Positions 49,439-59,660 of a stretch of DNA of 64,000 nucleotides are shown in pieces; the first letter of the stretch is position 1; every line of letters begins with the position of its first letter. The DNA is from Acetobacter sp. 46_36 (GTDB lineage: Bacteria > Pseudomonadota > Alphaproteobacteria > RF32 > CAG-239). The position numbers were made by a program, and so were the translations under genes. The notes under the pieces were generated by a model. It had not been told where the DNA came from, ran no database searches, and saw only the letters and a list, made by a program, of their open reading frames with translations. The stretch is taken from contig MNTT01000015.1 of the NCBI GenBank assembly GCA_001917135.1, positions 260,222 to 324,221 of the forward strand, written 5' to 3'.

Positions 49439-52400
49439 TCTCCTCAGAAGGCGATAAATCAGTTTTTGTATTCTTCTCCAAAGGTTGTAAATCAGACTTT
49501 GCGTTCTCTTCTGAAAGCTCTGAACGGGGTTCAGTGGGAGAAGAAGATGTATCAAGATTGTTTTTAGCCGGTGCGGGGTAAAAATATTCTTTTATGCTTT
49601 CGAACAGAGCAAATAATGCCGGAATAAATATAATGCCGACCAGAGTTGCCGCAATCATGCCGAAAAATACGGTAACACCGATTGATATTTGCGAGCTTGC
49701 TCCGGGGCCTGTGGCAATAACCATCGGAAAAACGCCGAGGATAAACGTCATCGCCGTCATCAGAACCGCGCGGAATCTTTCGCCGGCTCCTTTCTCCGAA
49801 GCTTCCAGAATACTAAAGCCCTGTTCTCGGTAATCTTTGGTAAATTCGACAATTAAAATAGCATTTTTCGCTGCCAGACCGATAAGAAGGATAATGCCGA
49901 GTTGAGCATAAATACTGAGAGGAAGACCGAACAGGTGTAATCCGAGAAAAGCGCCGAGAACAGCGAAGACAGTGGAAAACATAACCGAAAATGCCAGCAT
50001 CCAGCTTTCGTATAAAGCAACCAAAAACAAATAACAGAATATGACGGCCAGAGTAATCAATGCTCCCACCAGTCCGCGCGTTTCAGCCTCCTGCAGAGAA
50101 AGAGCCGTCCAGTCGATGGAAAAGCCTTGCGGCAAAACCTGTTCAGCCAGTTTCTCCATGGTATCCATTGCCTGTCCGCTGCTGATGCCTTCTGCAGCCT
50201 GCGCCGTGATTGCCGCGGCAGTATATAAATCATAGCGGTAGATGATTTTTGGCGAAATTTCCGTAGAAACATCGGCAAAACTGTCTATTTTTATCAGACT
50301 GCCGTTATTGGATTTAACATAAAGGTTTTTGATGTTTTCTATGCTGCGGCGATAATTGAAATCGGCCTGCAGGATAACTTTGTTGACTTGTCCGCTCAAC
50401 GTGATGTTGTTAATATATGTTGCTCCCAAATTGCTTTGCAGTGTATTATAAAGGGCTGAAACCGGAATGTCGTAAGATTGCAGTTTCGTCCGGTCTATAT
50501 TAAGATAAACATGCGGCGTATCTGCGGTAAATGTACTGAAAGCATAAGCCATCTCCGGACTGCTGTTCGCCGCGTAAAGATATTGTTTTAACGCTTTATC
50601 CAAATCTTGAGGTGTAGCATCGGTATTAGTTGCCACCAATTCTAAGGACAAACCGTTGCTTTGTCCGATTCCGGGGACGGACGGCGGGGCAAAAAAGTTA
50701 AGCTCGGCATTTTTATAGGAGCCGAATTTTTGGCTTAAAGAGCCGGTGATACCTTCAATAGAAAGAGCCTTGGTCGTGCGTTTGGACCAGTCTTCCAGTC
50801 CTATAACGCCAAGAGCGACATTTTCCCCGCTGCCTCCCAGCAGGCTGTATCCGGCGACGGTAATAACATATTTAATCCCGTCCATCTGCAAAATTTTACG
50901 GCTCATATCAGCCAGAATCTCATTCGTCTGGTTAATGCTGGCAGTCGTATCCAGCTGCACGTTTGCAAAAATAATGCCCTGATCTTCTTCCGGCAGAAAA
51001 GATGTTGCCGTAAATTTAAAGTATAATCCGATAACGGCGATAACGGCCGCAATAATAAGAACCGTAAACAGCAGATAACGGGAAAAAAAACCGACGACTT
51101 TAATATAAACGTTTTTGAATTTATCTAACCCGTCATTAAACAGTTTAAAAAAGCCACGCCCCCGGCTTTCCTTTTCATTTTTAAGAAAAATGGAACATAA
51201 TGCCGGACTGAGTGTCAAAGCATTGAATGCGGAAAAAACGACCGATGTACCGATGGCAACAGCAAATTGCTGATAAATCTTTCCCGTGATGCCCGCCATC
51301 AATCCGACCGGAACAAAAATGGCAAGCAGAACGAAAGTTGTCGCGACAATGGCGCTTCCTATTTGCTGCATGGCTTTTACTGAAGCTTCATAAGCCGGAA
51401 GGTTTTCGTTAAGCATAAGATATTGTACGCGTTCAACCACGATAATGGCATCATCGACAACCAGTCCGATAACCAAAATCATGGCAAATAGCGTTAAGAT
51501 GTTAATATCAAATCCAAGAATATAAATAATAACGAACGTAGCGATTAAAGAAACCGGAATTGTTATCAGTGGGATTAATGTTGTTTTTATTTTCTGCAAA
51601 AAAAGAAACGTAACCAGAATAACCAGCCCGAAAGTGATAAACAGCGTTTCTACAATGGCGGATATGGACGCCCGTACATAATCCGTTGAATCATAAGCAA
51701 CTTTTATCTCCATATCTTTTGGAAAAGTTTGAGCAAGTTCATCAATTTCCTTTTGTACGGCATCCATCGTTTGCAGGGCGTTGGTATTCGGCGTTTGGTT
51801 CAAGGCTATAATAACCGCCGGAGCGTTGTCATATTTTGAGTTAATGTTGTAGGAATCCCGTCCCAGTTCAATCCGTGCAACGTCTTTCAAATATGTAACT
51901 CCGCCGCTTTCAGAGGTAGCAATAACAATATTGGAGAAGTTTTCAACGCTGTTGAGCAGCCCCTGCGCAGTCAGAGTCAAAACAAGATTGGTGTCTTTGC
52001 TGCTGGGCGCCGAGCCGATGCTTCCGACCGCAGCCTGAACATTTTGATTTTGTACGGCAGCAATAACATCGGCACTGCTCAGGCCTAACGCCGTTATTTT
52101 GTCAACGTCAAGCCAGATGCGCATGCTGTATTGCGGGCCGAAGATTTGTACCTGTCCAATGCCGTAAAGTCTGGACAGCGGGTTTTTTATATTAGTATAA
52201 GCATAATTGCTTAAAAACAAATCATCATATGAATTATTGGGCGAACGCAGGGCAATCAGAGCCAGTATGTCTGCATTTTCCGTCGAAACGTCAAGCCCTT
52301 CTTTGGTAACCTCGGCAGGAAGTTCGCTGTTAACCTGTTGCAGGCGGTTTTGTACTTTAACCTGCGCAATATCCGGATCTGTTCCTATGTCAAACGTAAC

Positions 52401-52682
52401 CGTAAGCGTATAGGAACCGTTATCGTCAGAAGTAGATGACATATACAGCATATCTTCAACGCCGTTCATCTGGTTTTCAATCGGTATGGCGACCGTATCG
52501 GTCAAAACTTGGGCATTAGCGCCGAGGTAGGTTGTTTTGACGGTAACCTGTGGCGGAGTAATGCTTGGGAATTGTGAAATCGGCAGAATTTTAATTGCCA
52601 GGACGCCGAGAATAATCATAATGATTGAGATAACCATGGCAAAACGAGGTCTGTCTATAAAAAATTTAGAAAACATGGCCAT
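49425..52682 (-). CDS. RND (AcrB/MexB-type) efflux permease
   Basis: 1085 aa, 12-TM/two-large-loop architecture, AcrB-like motifs ([12 protein letters not shown], multiple conserved TM4/TM10 residues). Confidence 0.9.
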   Translation of the reverse strand: MAMFSKFFIDRPRFAMVISIIMIILGVLAIKILPISQFPSITPPQVTVKTTYLGANAQVLTDTVAIPIENQMNGVEDMLYMSSTSDDNGSYTLTVTFDIGTDPDIAQVKVQNRLQQVNSELPAEVTKEGLDVSTENADILALIALRSPNNSYDDLFLSNYAYTNIKNPLSRLYGIGQVQIFGPQYSMRIWLDVDKITALGLSSADVIAAVQNQNVQAAVGSIGSAPSSKDTNLVLTLTAQGLLNSVENFSNIVIATSESGGVTYLKDVARIELGRDSYNINSKYDNAPAVIIALNQTPNTNALQTMDAVQKEIDELAQTFPKDMEIKVAYDSTDYVRASISAIVETLFITFGLVILVTFLFLQKIKTTLIPLITIPVSLIATFVIIYILGFDINILTLFAMILVIGLVVDDAIIVVERVQYLMLNENLPAYEASVKAMQQIGSAIVATTFVLLAIFVPVGLMAGITGKIYQQFAVAIGTSVVFSAFNALTLSPALCSIFLKNEKESRGRGFFKLFNDGLDKFKNVYIKVVGFFSRYLLFTVLIIAAVIAVIGLYFKFTATSFLPEEDQGIIFANVQLDTTASINQTNEILADMSRKILQMDGIKYVITVAGYSLLGGSGENVALGVIGLEDWSKRTTKALSIEGITGSLSQKFGSYKNAELNFFAPPSVPGIGQSNGLSLELVATNTDATPQDLDKALKQYLYAANSSPEMAYAFSTFTADTPHVYLNIDRTKLQSYDIPVSALYNTLQSNLGATYINNITLSGQVNKVILQADFNYRRSIENIKNLYVKSNNGSLIKIDSFADVSTEISPKIIYRYDLYTAAAITAQAAEGISSGQAMDTMEKLAEQVLPQGFSIDWTALSLQEAETRGLVGALITLAVIFCYLFLVALYESWMLAFSVMFSTVFAVLGAFLGLHLFGLPLSIYAQLGIILLIGLAAKNAILIVEFTKDYREQGFSILEASEKGAGERFRAVLMTAMTFILGVFPMVIATGPGASSQISIGVTVFFGMIAATLVGIIFIPALFALFESIKEYFYPAPAKNNLDTSSSPTEPRSELSEENAKSDLQPLEKNTKTDLSPSEENANA

Positions 52683-52700
52683 AAACTCCCGTGTCGGAAA

Positions 52701-53834
52701 TTAATTAATAATGTCAAAATGGATGTTCGCACCGCTTTTTAGGTTTGAAACATCGTCCAATATCAGCAAGTCGCCGGCATTAAAAGTATTCCTGAGGACA
52801 TATTGGTTATTTTTATCGGCAATAATATCAGCTTTGACTTTTGTAATGGCGTTGTTTCTTGCTATAACGACAAAATTTCCCGTTGTTTCCATTTTTATAA
52901 AGTTCTTGTCGAGAATAACACTGTCTTTAAAAATTTTTTCGACTTCCACCGTTACAAAAGAATTTGGCAGAAGTTCATTTTTATCATTTTTAAAATAAGT
53001 GTAAACAGCCAGTGAGTTGGTAGTCTTATTGATTTCATTGTCAGTGTATTTAAATTCTCCGGGATAGGGAAAAATTTTGCCGTTTGCCGTCTTCAGCCGG
53101 ATAATGCTGTCATTGAACAAGTTTTTTTCACTTTGTGCCATATTAAGGTATTCTGCGTCAGTCAGGGAAAAAACAACCCGTATAGGATTTGTTTGAACGA
53201 TGTTTAACAAAGTCCCGTTTCCCGGAGAAACATAGTCTCCGGGGCTTAGCGTAAAATTTCCGACAAGTCCGGAAATGGGAGCTTTAATTTTTGTGTATCC
53301 GTAATTAACCTGAGCCAAAGCGCGGTTGGCTTCTGCATTTTTTAATGCTGCCTGCGACTGCAGAAAATTATTTTTGGCATTGTCTGTTTCAATTTCGGAA
53401 AAAGCTTTCTTGCCGGACTTTTGAACCCTGTCGTAGTAATTTTGATTGTAAGCAAAAGCTGCTTCCGCTTGTAAGACAGAAGCTTCTGCGGCGTCAAGTT
53501 TCGCTTTGTACTCATTGGGTTCAATGGTAATAAGAAGTTCTCCTTCTCTGACAAATTGTCCTGCTTTCACGGAGATTTCTTGCAGATAACCGCTGATGTA
53601 AGGGATAATCTGCACTTGATTGATAGCTTCGGCATAGCCGACATAGCTGTTTGTTACCGTAACGTCGCCCGGCATAATCGGCTTGGCGTTTAAAGTAATG
53701 CTGTCGTTAACGGGAACCGGCCTGGCTTCTTTGGCATCAGACATTTTAAACATATAAAATCCTAATCCGAAAGAAGCCAGACATAATATTAATAACAATA
53801 ATATATAAACAAAACGTTCGTTTTTATTCTCCAT
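52701..53834 (-). CDS. RND efflux membrane fusion protein (AcrA/HlyD family)
   Basis: N-terminal TM anchor, coiled-coil hairpin, lipoyl/beta-barrel domains; 377 aa. First gene of the MFP-RND-OMF operon. Confidence 0.85.
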   Translation of the reverse strand: MENKNERFVYILLLLILCLASFGLGFYMFKMSDAKEARPVPVNDSITLNAKPIMPGDVTVTNSYVGYAEAINQVQIIPYISGYLQEISVKAGQFVREGELLITIEPNEYKAKLDAAEASVLQAEAAFAYNQNYYDRVQKSGKKAFSEIETDNAKNNFLQSQAALKNAEANRALAQVNYGYTKIKAPISGLVGNFTLSPGDYVSPGNGTLLNIVQTNPIRVVFSLTDAEYLNMAQSEKNLFNDSIIRLKTANGKIFPYPGEFKYTDNEINKTTNSLAVYTYFKNDKNELLPNSFVTVEVEKIFKDSVILDKNFIKMETTGNFVVIARNNAITKVKADIIADKNNQYVLRNTFNAGDLLILDDVSNLKSGANIHFDIIN

Positions 53835-53902
53835 AGCCCTCTATCCTTATTTCCTGATTAGGTTTGCAAAATAGATAATAAGCAATGGATGACTTTCAAG
53901 AC

Positions 53903-54778
53903 TTATTGCATTAGTTCTATAGCCTTTGTAATCTTTTTTATGGAGTTAAGTTCAATCTGCCTGACCCTTTCTTTTGAAATATTGTAGGTTTTGCTTAAAT
54001 CGTCAAGCGTAATGGTTTTTTCGTATAAACGCCGTTTGAACAAAATGTCTTTTTCGCGTTTGTTCAGGACATAAAGTGCCTGATTAAACATTTGCCGGCG
54101 GTATTTGACGGTTTCGGAGTGGGCAAGGCTTTCTTCCTGATTTGGCTTATTGTCTGAAATAAAATCCAGCCATTCGGTTGTTCCGTCGGAATCTCCGTCA
54201 ATAATGGCATTTAAAGAGCCGTCATGCGATTTCAGGCGCATATTCATATCGGTTACGTCCTGAACGCTGACGTCGAGAGATTTGGCGATATCTTTCAAAA
54301 CATGCTGCGACAGTTCTCTGTCGTCAATTAAATTCAGGCGGTTTTTTATTTTTCTGAGATTGAAAAAAAGTTTTTTCTGAGCCGCTGTTGTACCTAATTT
54401 GACCAGCGACCAGGAATTAAGAATGTATTTTTGTACGGAAGCTTTAATCCACCATAGGGCATAAGTGGAAAAGCGAAAGCCTTTTTCAGGGGCAAATTTG
54501 TCGATAGCATACATCAGGCCGATATTGCCTTCGGAAATCATTTCGCCGACAGGCAAACCATAGCCCCGGTATTTTGAAACAACCTTAACCACCAGCCGCA
54601 AATGTGATGTGATTAATTTATAGGCTATTTCTTTGTCTTTGCTTTGTTGATATCTTAGTGCTAAATCGTATTCTTCTTCGGATGATAAAATGGGAAATTT
54701 TTTGATAGATTGCAGATAACGGGAAAGGTTTTCTTCGGGTGAAAAGTCAAGTCCATTTAGAGTAAGTTGTTCTTTCAT
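53903..54778 (-). CDS. rpoH: RNA polymerase sigma-32 factor
   Basis: Sigma-70 regions 2 and 4 plus the RpoH box QKKLFFNLRK. Alpha-type sequence (SWSLVKLGTTAAQKKLFFNLR). Confidence 0.9.
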   Translation of the reverse strand: MKEQLTLNGLDFSPEENLSRYLQSIKKFPILSSEEEYDLALRYQQSKDKEIAYKLITSHLRLVVKVVSKYRGYGLPVGEMISEGNIGLMYAIDKFAPEKGFRFSTYALWWIKASVQKYILNSWSLVKLGTTAAQKKLFFNLRKIKNRLNLIDDRELSQHVLKDIAKSLDVSVQDVTDMNMRLKSHDGSLNAIIDGDSDGTTEWLDFISDNKPNQEESLAHSETVKYRRQMFNQALYVLNKREKDILFKRRLYEKTITLDDLSKTYNISKERVRQIELNSIKKITKAIELMQ

Positions 54779-54931
54779 GATTCTTCTCCTAAAAGTTGAC
54801 TGACGCGAGTTTATAACTGTAAAATTTTTTCCACAACCTAGACAATAGTTTTATTATTTTTAATAATTTATTAAGCAATTTTAAGGAGTTGCTAAACTAA
54901 AAGATATATGCCTTGCGTTCTGAAAACGCTG

Positions 54932-55936
54932 TTAAAAAACTCTCAGATTTTCTATAAGATTTTGCATATCTTCGGGAAAATCGGCTGTAAACGACAGGCG
55001 CTGGTGGTTTATCGGATGTTCAAACCCGAGAGAATAGGCGTGGAGCGCCTGCCTCGGAAAAGTATTGACAAAGGATTTTAATGGTTCAGGCAAATTAATG
55101 GTACTTTTTTTTGCTTTTGTATATACATCGTCGCCGACCAAATTGCAACCGATAGAAGACATATGGACGCGTATTTGGTGTGTCCGTCCTGTTTCCAGAT
55201 TGCATTGCACCAAGGCCGCCGCCTTTTTATAAGTTTCAATGGTTTTGTAATGGGTTGTTGCTGTTTTTCCGCCATTTTGTACAATGGCCATTTTTTTACG
55301 GTCATAAGGGCTTCGGGCGATATTGCCCGTGATTGTTCCTTGTTCGGGCGAGGGAATACCGTAAACGACAGCATAATAAGTCCGCTCAATGGTATGGTAA
55401 AAAAACTGTTCGGCTAAACCGCGATGGGCAATGTCGTTTTTTGCCGCAACCAGAATGCCGCTCGTGTTTCTGTCAATACGATGGACAATTCCGGGTCTTG
55501 CTACGCCGCCGATTCCGGATAGAGAATCCCGGCAATGATACAAAAGGGCATTAACCAATGTGCCCGTATAAACGCCTGCAGCCGGATGAACTGTCATTCC
55601 TGCCGGTTTGTTCACGACAATCAGGTCACTGTCTTCATAGAGAATGTCAAGCGGTATGTTTTCCGCCTGCGGTGCCGCTTCCTTGGGTTCCGGAAGGTTT
55701 ACCTGATAGACGTCTCCAATTCGTGTTTTGTGATTTTTATCCAAGATAACTTCATCATCTGCAAAAACGAATCCCTCTTCAATCAGCCTCTGCACCTGAG
55801 CGCGCGAAAAATCCCGGATTTCACCGGCTATATATTTGTCAATACGGAGAGAAGCCTGCGAAGCTTCAACCGGATTTGTATAAAAAACTTTATTATTTTC
55901 GCTGTCCATAGGGGTTCTTGTTAAATATATTTTCAC
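54932..55936 (-). CDS. rluD: 23S rRNA pseudouridine synthase, RluA/RluD family
   Basis: S4-like N-domain and catalytic HRLDRNTSG motif. Confidence 0.8.
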   Translation of the reverse strand: MKIYLTRTPMDSENNKVFYTNPVEASQASLRIDKYIAGEIRDFSRAQVQRLIEEGFVFADDEVILDKNHKTRIGDVYQVNLPEPKEAAPQAENIPLDILYEDSDLIVVNKPAGMTVHPAAGVYTGTLVNALLYHCRDSLSGIGGVARPGIVHRIDRNTSGILVAAKNDIAHRGLAEQFFYHTIERTYYAVVYGIPSPEQGTITGNIARSPYDRKKMAIVQNGGKTATTHYKTIETYKKAAALVQCNLETGRTHQIRVHMSSIGCNLVGDDVYTKAKKSTINLPEPLKSFVNTFPRQALHAYSLGFEHPINHQRLSFTADFPEDMQNLIENLRVF

Positions 55937-55984
55937 ATATACCGCCTAAAATAAACCATAAGATAAGATAAAATCAAGGGTATA

Positions 55985-56290
55985 ATGATGTCAAACGTTA
56001 AAATAGCCAAATATATTGCCATATTGCTGGGTGCCTGTATCGTTTTGTGCACTTATTTTGTGTTTTTGAAAATCCTGAATAAGAAAACGGGTATTTCCGG
56101 TGTTCCGGTTTCCACCGAAATAGTGCTGAAAGTTCCTGAAAATGCCGAAGTAAAAGATGTCAGGATAGCCGAGGGAAAAATTTATTTTTTAATGGCATCG
56201 CCTTATGAAGAGAGTTTAGTTATCGTTGACGAAAATGCCCGGCAGGAGATTTTGAAAATTGTTCTGAAAAAGGAGAAAGCCCATGAGTAA
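55985..56290 (+). CDS. Small single-TM protein, first gene of the coupling-protein operon
   Basis: 101 aa, one N-terminal TM (IAILLGACIVLCTYFVFL), AAGGG RBS. No recognisable family. Confidence 0.5.
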   Translation: MMSNVKIAKYIAILLGACIVLCTYFVFLKILNKKTGISGVPVSTEIVLKVPENAEVKDVRIAEGKIYFLMASPYEESLVIVDENARQEILKIVLKKEKAHE

Positions 56291-57380
56291 TGATGATTCT
56301 CTTGATGCCTTTTTGACTGCGGATATGCCGGCGGAGGAAAAGAAAAATAACAAAGACACAAGTTTGGAAGATGAATTTGCCAAGCTTTTGAATGATTTTA
56401 TAAATCAGGATAAACCGGCCGCAAAACCAGATAATAAAAAAACGGAAGATAGTCTGGACAGTTTTCTTGAAAGTTCGGGCAGCGGTCTTGACAGCTTCTT
56501 GACTTCGCCGGTTGTTCCGTCCGAAAACACACCGGCCGCACAGCCGCAGCAGACATCTTTCAATGCGGAATCTGTGGAAAATGCCGCACAGCCGACAGAG
56601 GTGGAGAATTTGTCCGGTCTCGAAGTTCAGTCTGTATTTGCCGCTCCCGAAACCGCGCCGGAAAATATTCAGGCCGACGATACTGCCGCAAATAGGCTGA
56701 AACAGGAAGAGCAGGAATTAGCGCGTGCGGTTGCCAATTTTCAGGATGGCATAGTTGCAATGGCTGACAAAAAAAATCTTAAAGTACCCGATACCGATTA
56801 CAAAGAAGATATGCTGTATCCGAACTATAAGCCCAGTATTGGCAAAAAAATTGCCCAATATCTGCTGGCATGCTGGGATATTATGAATAAATATGATCCT
56901 GAAAATATGAAACGGCTCTCCAAAGATGCCGGAGATGAAGAATATCTCGCTTTTGCCGAAACGCTGAACGATACGGATATGCAGCTTGCCATAATATCGT
57001 ACGTTGAAATTCTTATAAATCTGGAAATTTGCGAGGTCAGCTATGAGCAAAAAAAAGAAATTTTGCAAAAAAATCGGATAAAGCGGGAATTGTATGAAGA
57101 ATATATGGAACTTCAGGAACGAAAAGCCCTGTTTATCAAAAAATTGAAAGAAAAAGATTTTCCGGTAGATGCGGAGCGGCTGATAGGAAATTACTTTCGG
57201 GTTGCACAAAAAGATCCCGACGGCTCGTTTAATGCTTTGGTAAAGAATCCGGCTATGTTTTCTCCGATAGAATTTGAAAAAATCCGGCCCAAATTTTTCG
57301 GATTAATAAAAGTAACGCCCGAAGACGGAATAAAAGCAAATCAAAAAATCGGGCATTTTATAAAAAAACTTAAAGTTTAA
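56283..57380 (+). CDS. Acidic protein: disordered N-terminal half with 3x SLDxFL motif, predicted helical C-terminal domain
   Basis: AAGGAG RBS; start overlaps the previous stop by 8 nt. DSLDAFL / DSLDSFL / GLDSFL tandem motif. No recognisable family. Confidence 0.6.
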   Translation: MSNDDSLDAFLTADMPAEEKKNNKDTSLEDEFAKLLNDFINQDKPAAKPDNKKTEDSLDSFLESSGSGLDSFLTSPVVPSENTPAAQPQQTSFNAESVENAAQPTEVENLSGLEVQSVFAAPETAPENIQADDTAANRLKQEEQELARAVANFQDGIVAMADKKNLKVPDTDYKEDMLYPNYKPSIGKKIAQYLLACWDIMNKYDPENMKRLSKDAGDEEYLAFAETLNDTDMQLAIISYVEILINLEICEVSYEQKKEILQKNRIKRELYEEYMELQERKALFIKKLKEKDFPVDAERLIGNYFRVAQKDPDGSFNALVKNPAMFSPIEFEKIRPKFFGLIKVTPEDGIKANQKIGHFIKKLKV

Positions 57381-57471
57381 TAAAATTTGCCTGATAGCGG
57401 AACGGTTTAAAGTAGACAACCTGCGGTTTTTATGCTAATATAACATAAAAGCATAAAAATCGGAGGCAAAA

Positions 57472-59103
57472 ATGGCTGAGCAATCCCAAATAAACAAATT
57501 GGACCGGATACTAAAGCAAAATATAGAAGATATGGAAAAAGCTACAGAGGCTAATTTGATTAGTGTTCCTCCCCGAGCCGGGGCAGAAACCGGAAATGGC
57601 AGTGCGCCTGCCGGGCAGCCGCCGGAAACCGGGACGCCGTCTCCGTCAGCAGGAACTGATAATACGGGAACGGGCGGAAACGATACAGGGGACAGCAGCA
57701 GTAACAGTCAGGACGCTCCTGCACAGCCTGAAAACGGACGGGATACACCGGAACCGCGTCGTCCCGAAAAAATTCCCGATGGTATCTCGCGGGCGTATGA
57801 TGATGTGTCTTTAGGCGAATTTGATACCAAAGCCCCGAAAGAAAAAACGGAAACCAAGGGTTCAAAACCTAAAGGCGGCATAACGCCCCCCAAACGCGAC
57901 CGCGGTGGAACCAAGGGAAAATCCGGCGGCGATGATATTATGGAAGTTTTTTGGAATGACTGTATTATGGCTTTTTATGCCTGGACAATAGATACGGTTG
58001 TCGACAATACGCTGGATTTTGCCGAATGGGTACTGTTTTCGCCATACAAATCCGGCGGCAGTACGGTTGAAACTACGACTGAAAAAAAGCCGAAAACCAT
58101 ATATATGTTGGGCGAAGAATTGTATAAAAGCCGTATGGAAAACTTTGCCAAAGAAAAAGATAAGCTGATAGAATTAAACGAAAATCTGGAAAAAAGCGCA
58201 AACGGAATCCAGCCTGAATGGAGACTTTGGGGAAAAATGCCGGCATTTTATCCCAAATTGCAGCAAATTCATGCCAAGGCAATAGAAAATCCCGACTCTG
58301 AAGAAGCCAAATTTATGCATAAGTACGGTTTGGGAAGCAGTGCCGAAACCGTCAAAGGGCGTTTTGCCAAAGAGGAAAAACTGTTTATGCTCGCAGTTCG
58401 TTTGGCTACGGTAGAAGAAGTCGTCAGCGATGCCAAAAATACGATTTCTCCTGAATTTTCCCAAAAATTGGCGGATTTGGATGAAACGTTGAAAAAGAAT
58501 AATTGCAGCAAGCAGGATATAACGGAAAAAATCAATGCTCTGTCTGAAGAAGCAGGCGGAGAATACGCTGTTTGCAAAGGTGTTTCTGATAAAATAGAAG
58601 AGATAAAGACCCTTCTTGAAAAAGATGGCGATATTTCAAAAGTAAAAAAAGATATCGTAAAAAAAGCCAAGGATATTCGTAAGATTTCCGAGGGTGCCGG
58701 CCACGATGAAGACATCATAAAAGAACATATCAGAAAACGCGGCCAGGAAAAATATAAGAGGCTTATGGAAAATATTGATAAAATTCATGAAGCTTATGTG
58801 GATGACCCGGAAAAGGTCAAGGAAACTATTAAAGAATACCTTAGTTCTGTAAATAATGCCGGCAAGGAGGCCAAGCAAGCGACGGACAAAGTCATTGAAG
58901 AAGGCCTGAAAGGCAAAATAAATGCCGGGGAAAAACGTAAAAACGCCAAAGCATCCGTAGAAAAAATTGATACGGCGATAAATGATTTTATGCTTGAAGG
59001 CGAAAAAATATCATCAAAAGCTCCGGCAGCCCAAAAAGATGAATTCGTATTAACGGAAAAACAATTTTCTAAAGCTATAAAAGATTATCGGTTGGGTCGC
59101 TAA
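57472..59103 (+). CDS. 543-aa protein: G/T/P/S-rich disordered N-region, then a long K/E-rich predicted helical domain
   Basis: GGAGG RBS; coding-like composition. No recognisable family. Confidence 0.6.
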   Translation: MAEQSQINKLDRILKQNIEDMEKATEANLISVPPRAGAETGNGSAPAGQPPETGTPSPSAGTDNTGTGGNDTGDSSSNSQDAPAQPENGRDTPEPRRPEKIPDGISRAYDDVSLGEFDTKAPKEKTETKGSKPKGGITPPKRDRGGTKGKSGGDDIMEVFWNDCIMAFYAWTIDTVVDNTLDFAEWVLFSPYKSGGSTVETTTEKKPKTIYMLGEELYKSRMENFAKEKDKLIELNENLEKSANGIQPEWRLWGKMPAFYPKLQQIHAKAIENPDSEEAKFMHKYGLGSSAETVKGRFAKEEKLFMLAVRLATVEEVVSDAKNTISPEFSQKLADLDETLKKNNCSKQDITEKINALSEEAGGEYAVCKGVSDKIEEIKTLLEKDGDISKVKKDIVKKAKDIRKISEGAGHDEDIIKEHIRKRGQEKYKRLMENIDKIHEAYVDDPEKVKETIKEYLSSVNNAGKEAKQATDKVIEEGLKGKINAGEKRKNAKASVEKIDTAINDFMLEGEKISSKAPAAQKDEFVLTEKQFSKAIKDYRLGR

Positions 59104-59114
59104 GGAGAAGATAA

Positions 59115-59606
59115 ATGGCAAAAGTGGAAAAATTGATAAAATTTTTTACGGTTTGTGCAGTTGTTTTTGTCGTTTTGGGGTATATTTGCCGGGAATTGTT
59201 TAAATTTATCTGGAATTTTGATATTTTCAATCGGGAATCTTACCGGATTTTGTATGATTACTGGGAAAACGGCGGCGTATTTAATACGTTTCGGGATTGC
59301 AGCTTGGGGCTGTTCTTGTTTTTAATGCCCGTAATATGGCTGGTTTTGAGTTATAAGCTGTATAAGTACGGGCTGGTGAAGTTTTTGCTTAATCCGTTGG
59401 TTAAACTGTACCGCCGTATAACCCGTCCTAAAACTATGGAAGTTGAACACGTTTCAATCAAAAATCTTGGCGGGAAGGATAAAACGCTGGATGAGATTAT
59501 CGCCGAAAAAGTGGAAAAGCAGGGAGGGAACAAAAGTGCCGGACATGCCTCGCAAAATCTGCGCCGGCAGATAGCTGCAAAAATTGAAGAAAATGAAAAA
59601 CAATAA
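59115..59606 (+). CDS. 2-TM membrane protein, paralogous in its N-terminus to the next gene
   Basis: AAGGAG RBS; TMs FFTVCAVVFVVLGYIC and LGLFLFLMPVIWLVLSY. Shared motif WNFDIF...ESYRILYDYWENGG. Confidence 0.6.
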   Translation: MAKVEKLIKFFTVCAVVFVVLGYICRELFKFIWNFDIFNRESYRILYDYWENGGVFNTFRDCSLGLFLFLMPVIWLVLSYKLYKYGLVKFLLNPLVKLYRRITRPKTMEVEHVSIKNLGGKDKTLDEIIAEKVEKQGGNKSAGHASQNLRRQIAAKIEENEKQ

Positions 59607-59660
59607 TTACTTGTTAACCAATCAATGGATATAATGGGAAAATAAAAGCCGGAGAAGAAC

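Noticed and set aside
54905-54925. Short hairpin GCGTT-CTGAA-AACGC downstream of rluD
   Set aside because: Only a 5-bp stem and no T-run on the rluD strand. Too weak to call a terminator. It could instead be part of the rpoH promoter/leader.
56718-57209. 163-aa minus ORF inside the operon's second gene
   Set aside because: Antisense to an ORF with a good RBS and operon context; hydrophobic/F-rich artefact composition.
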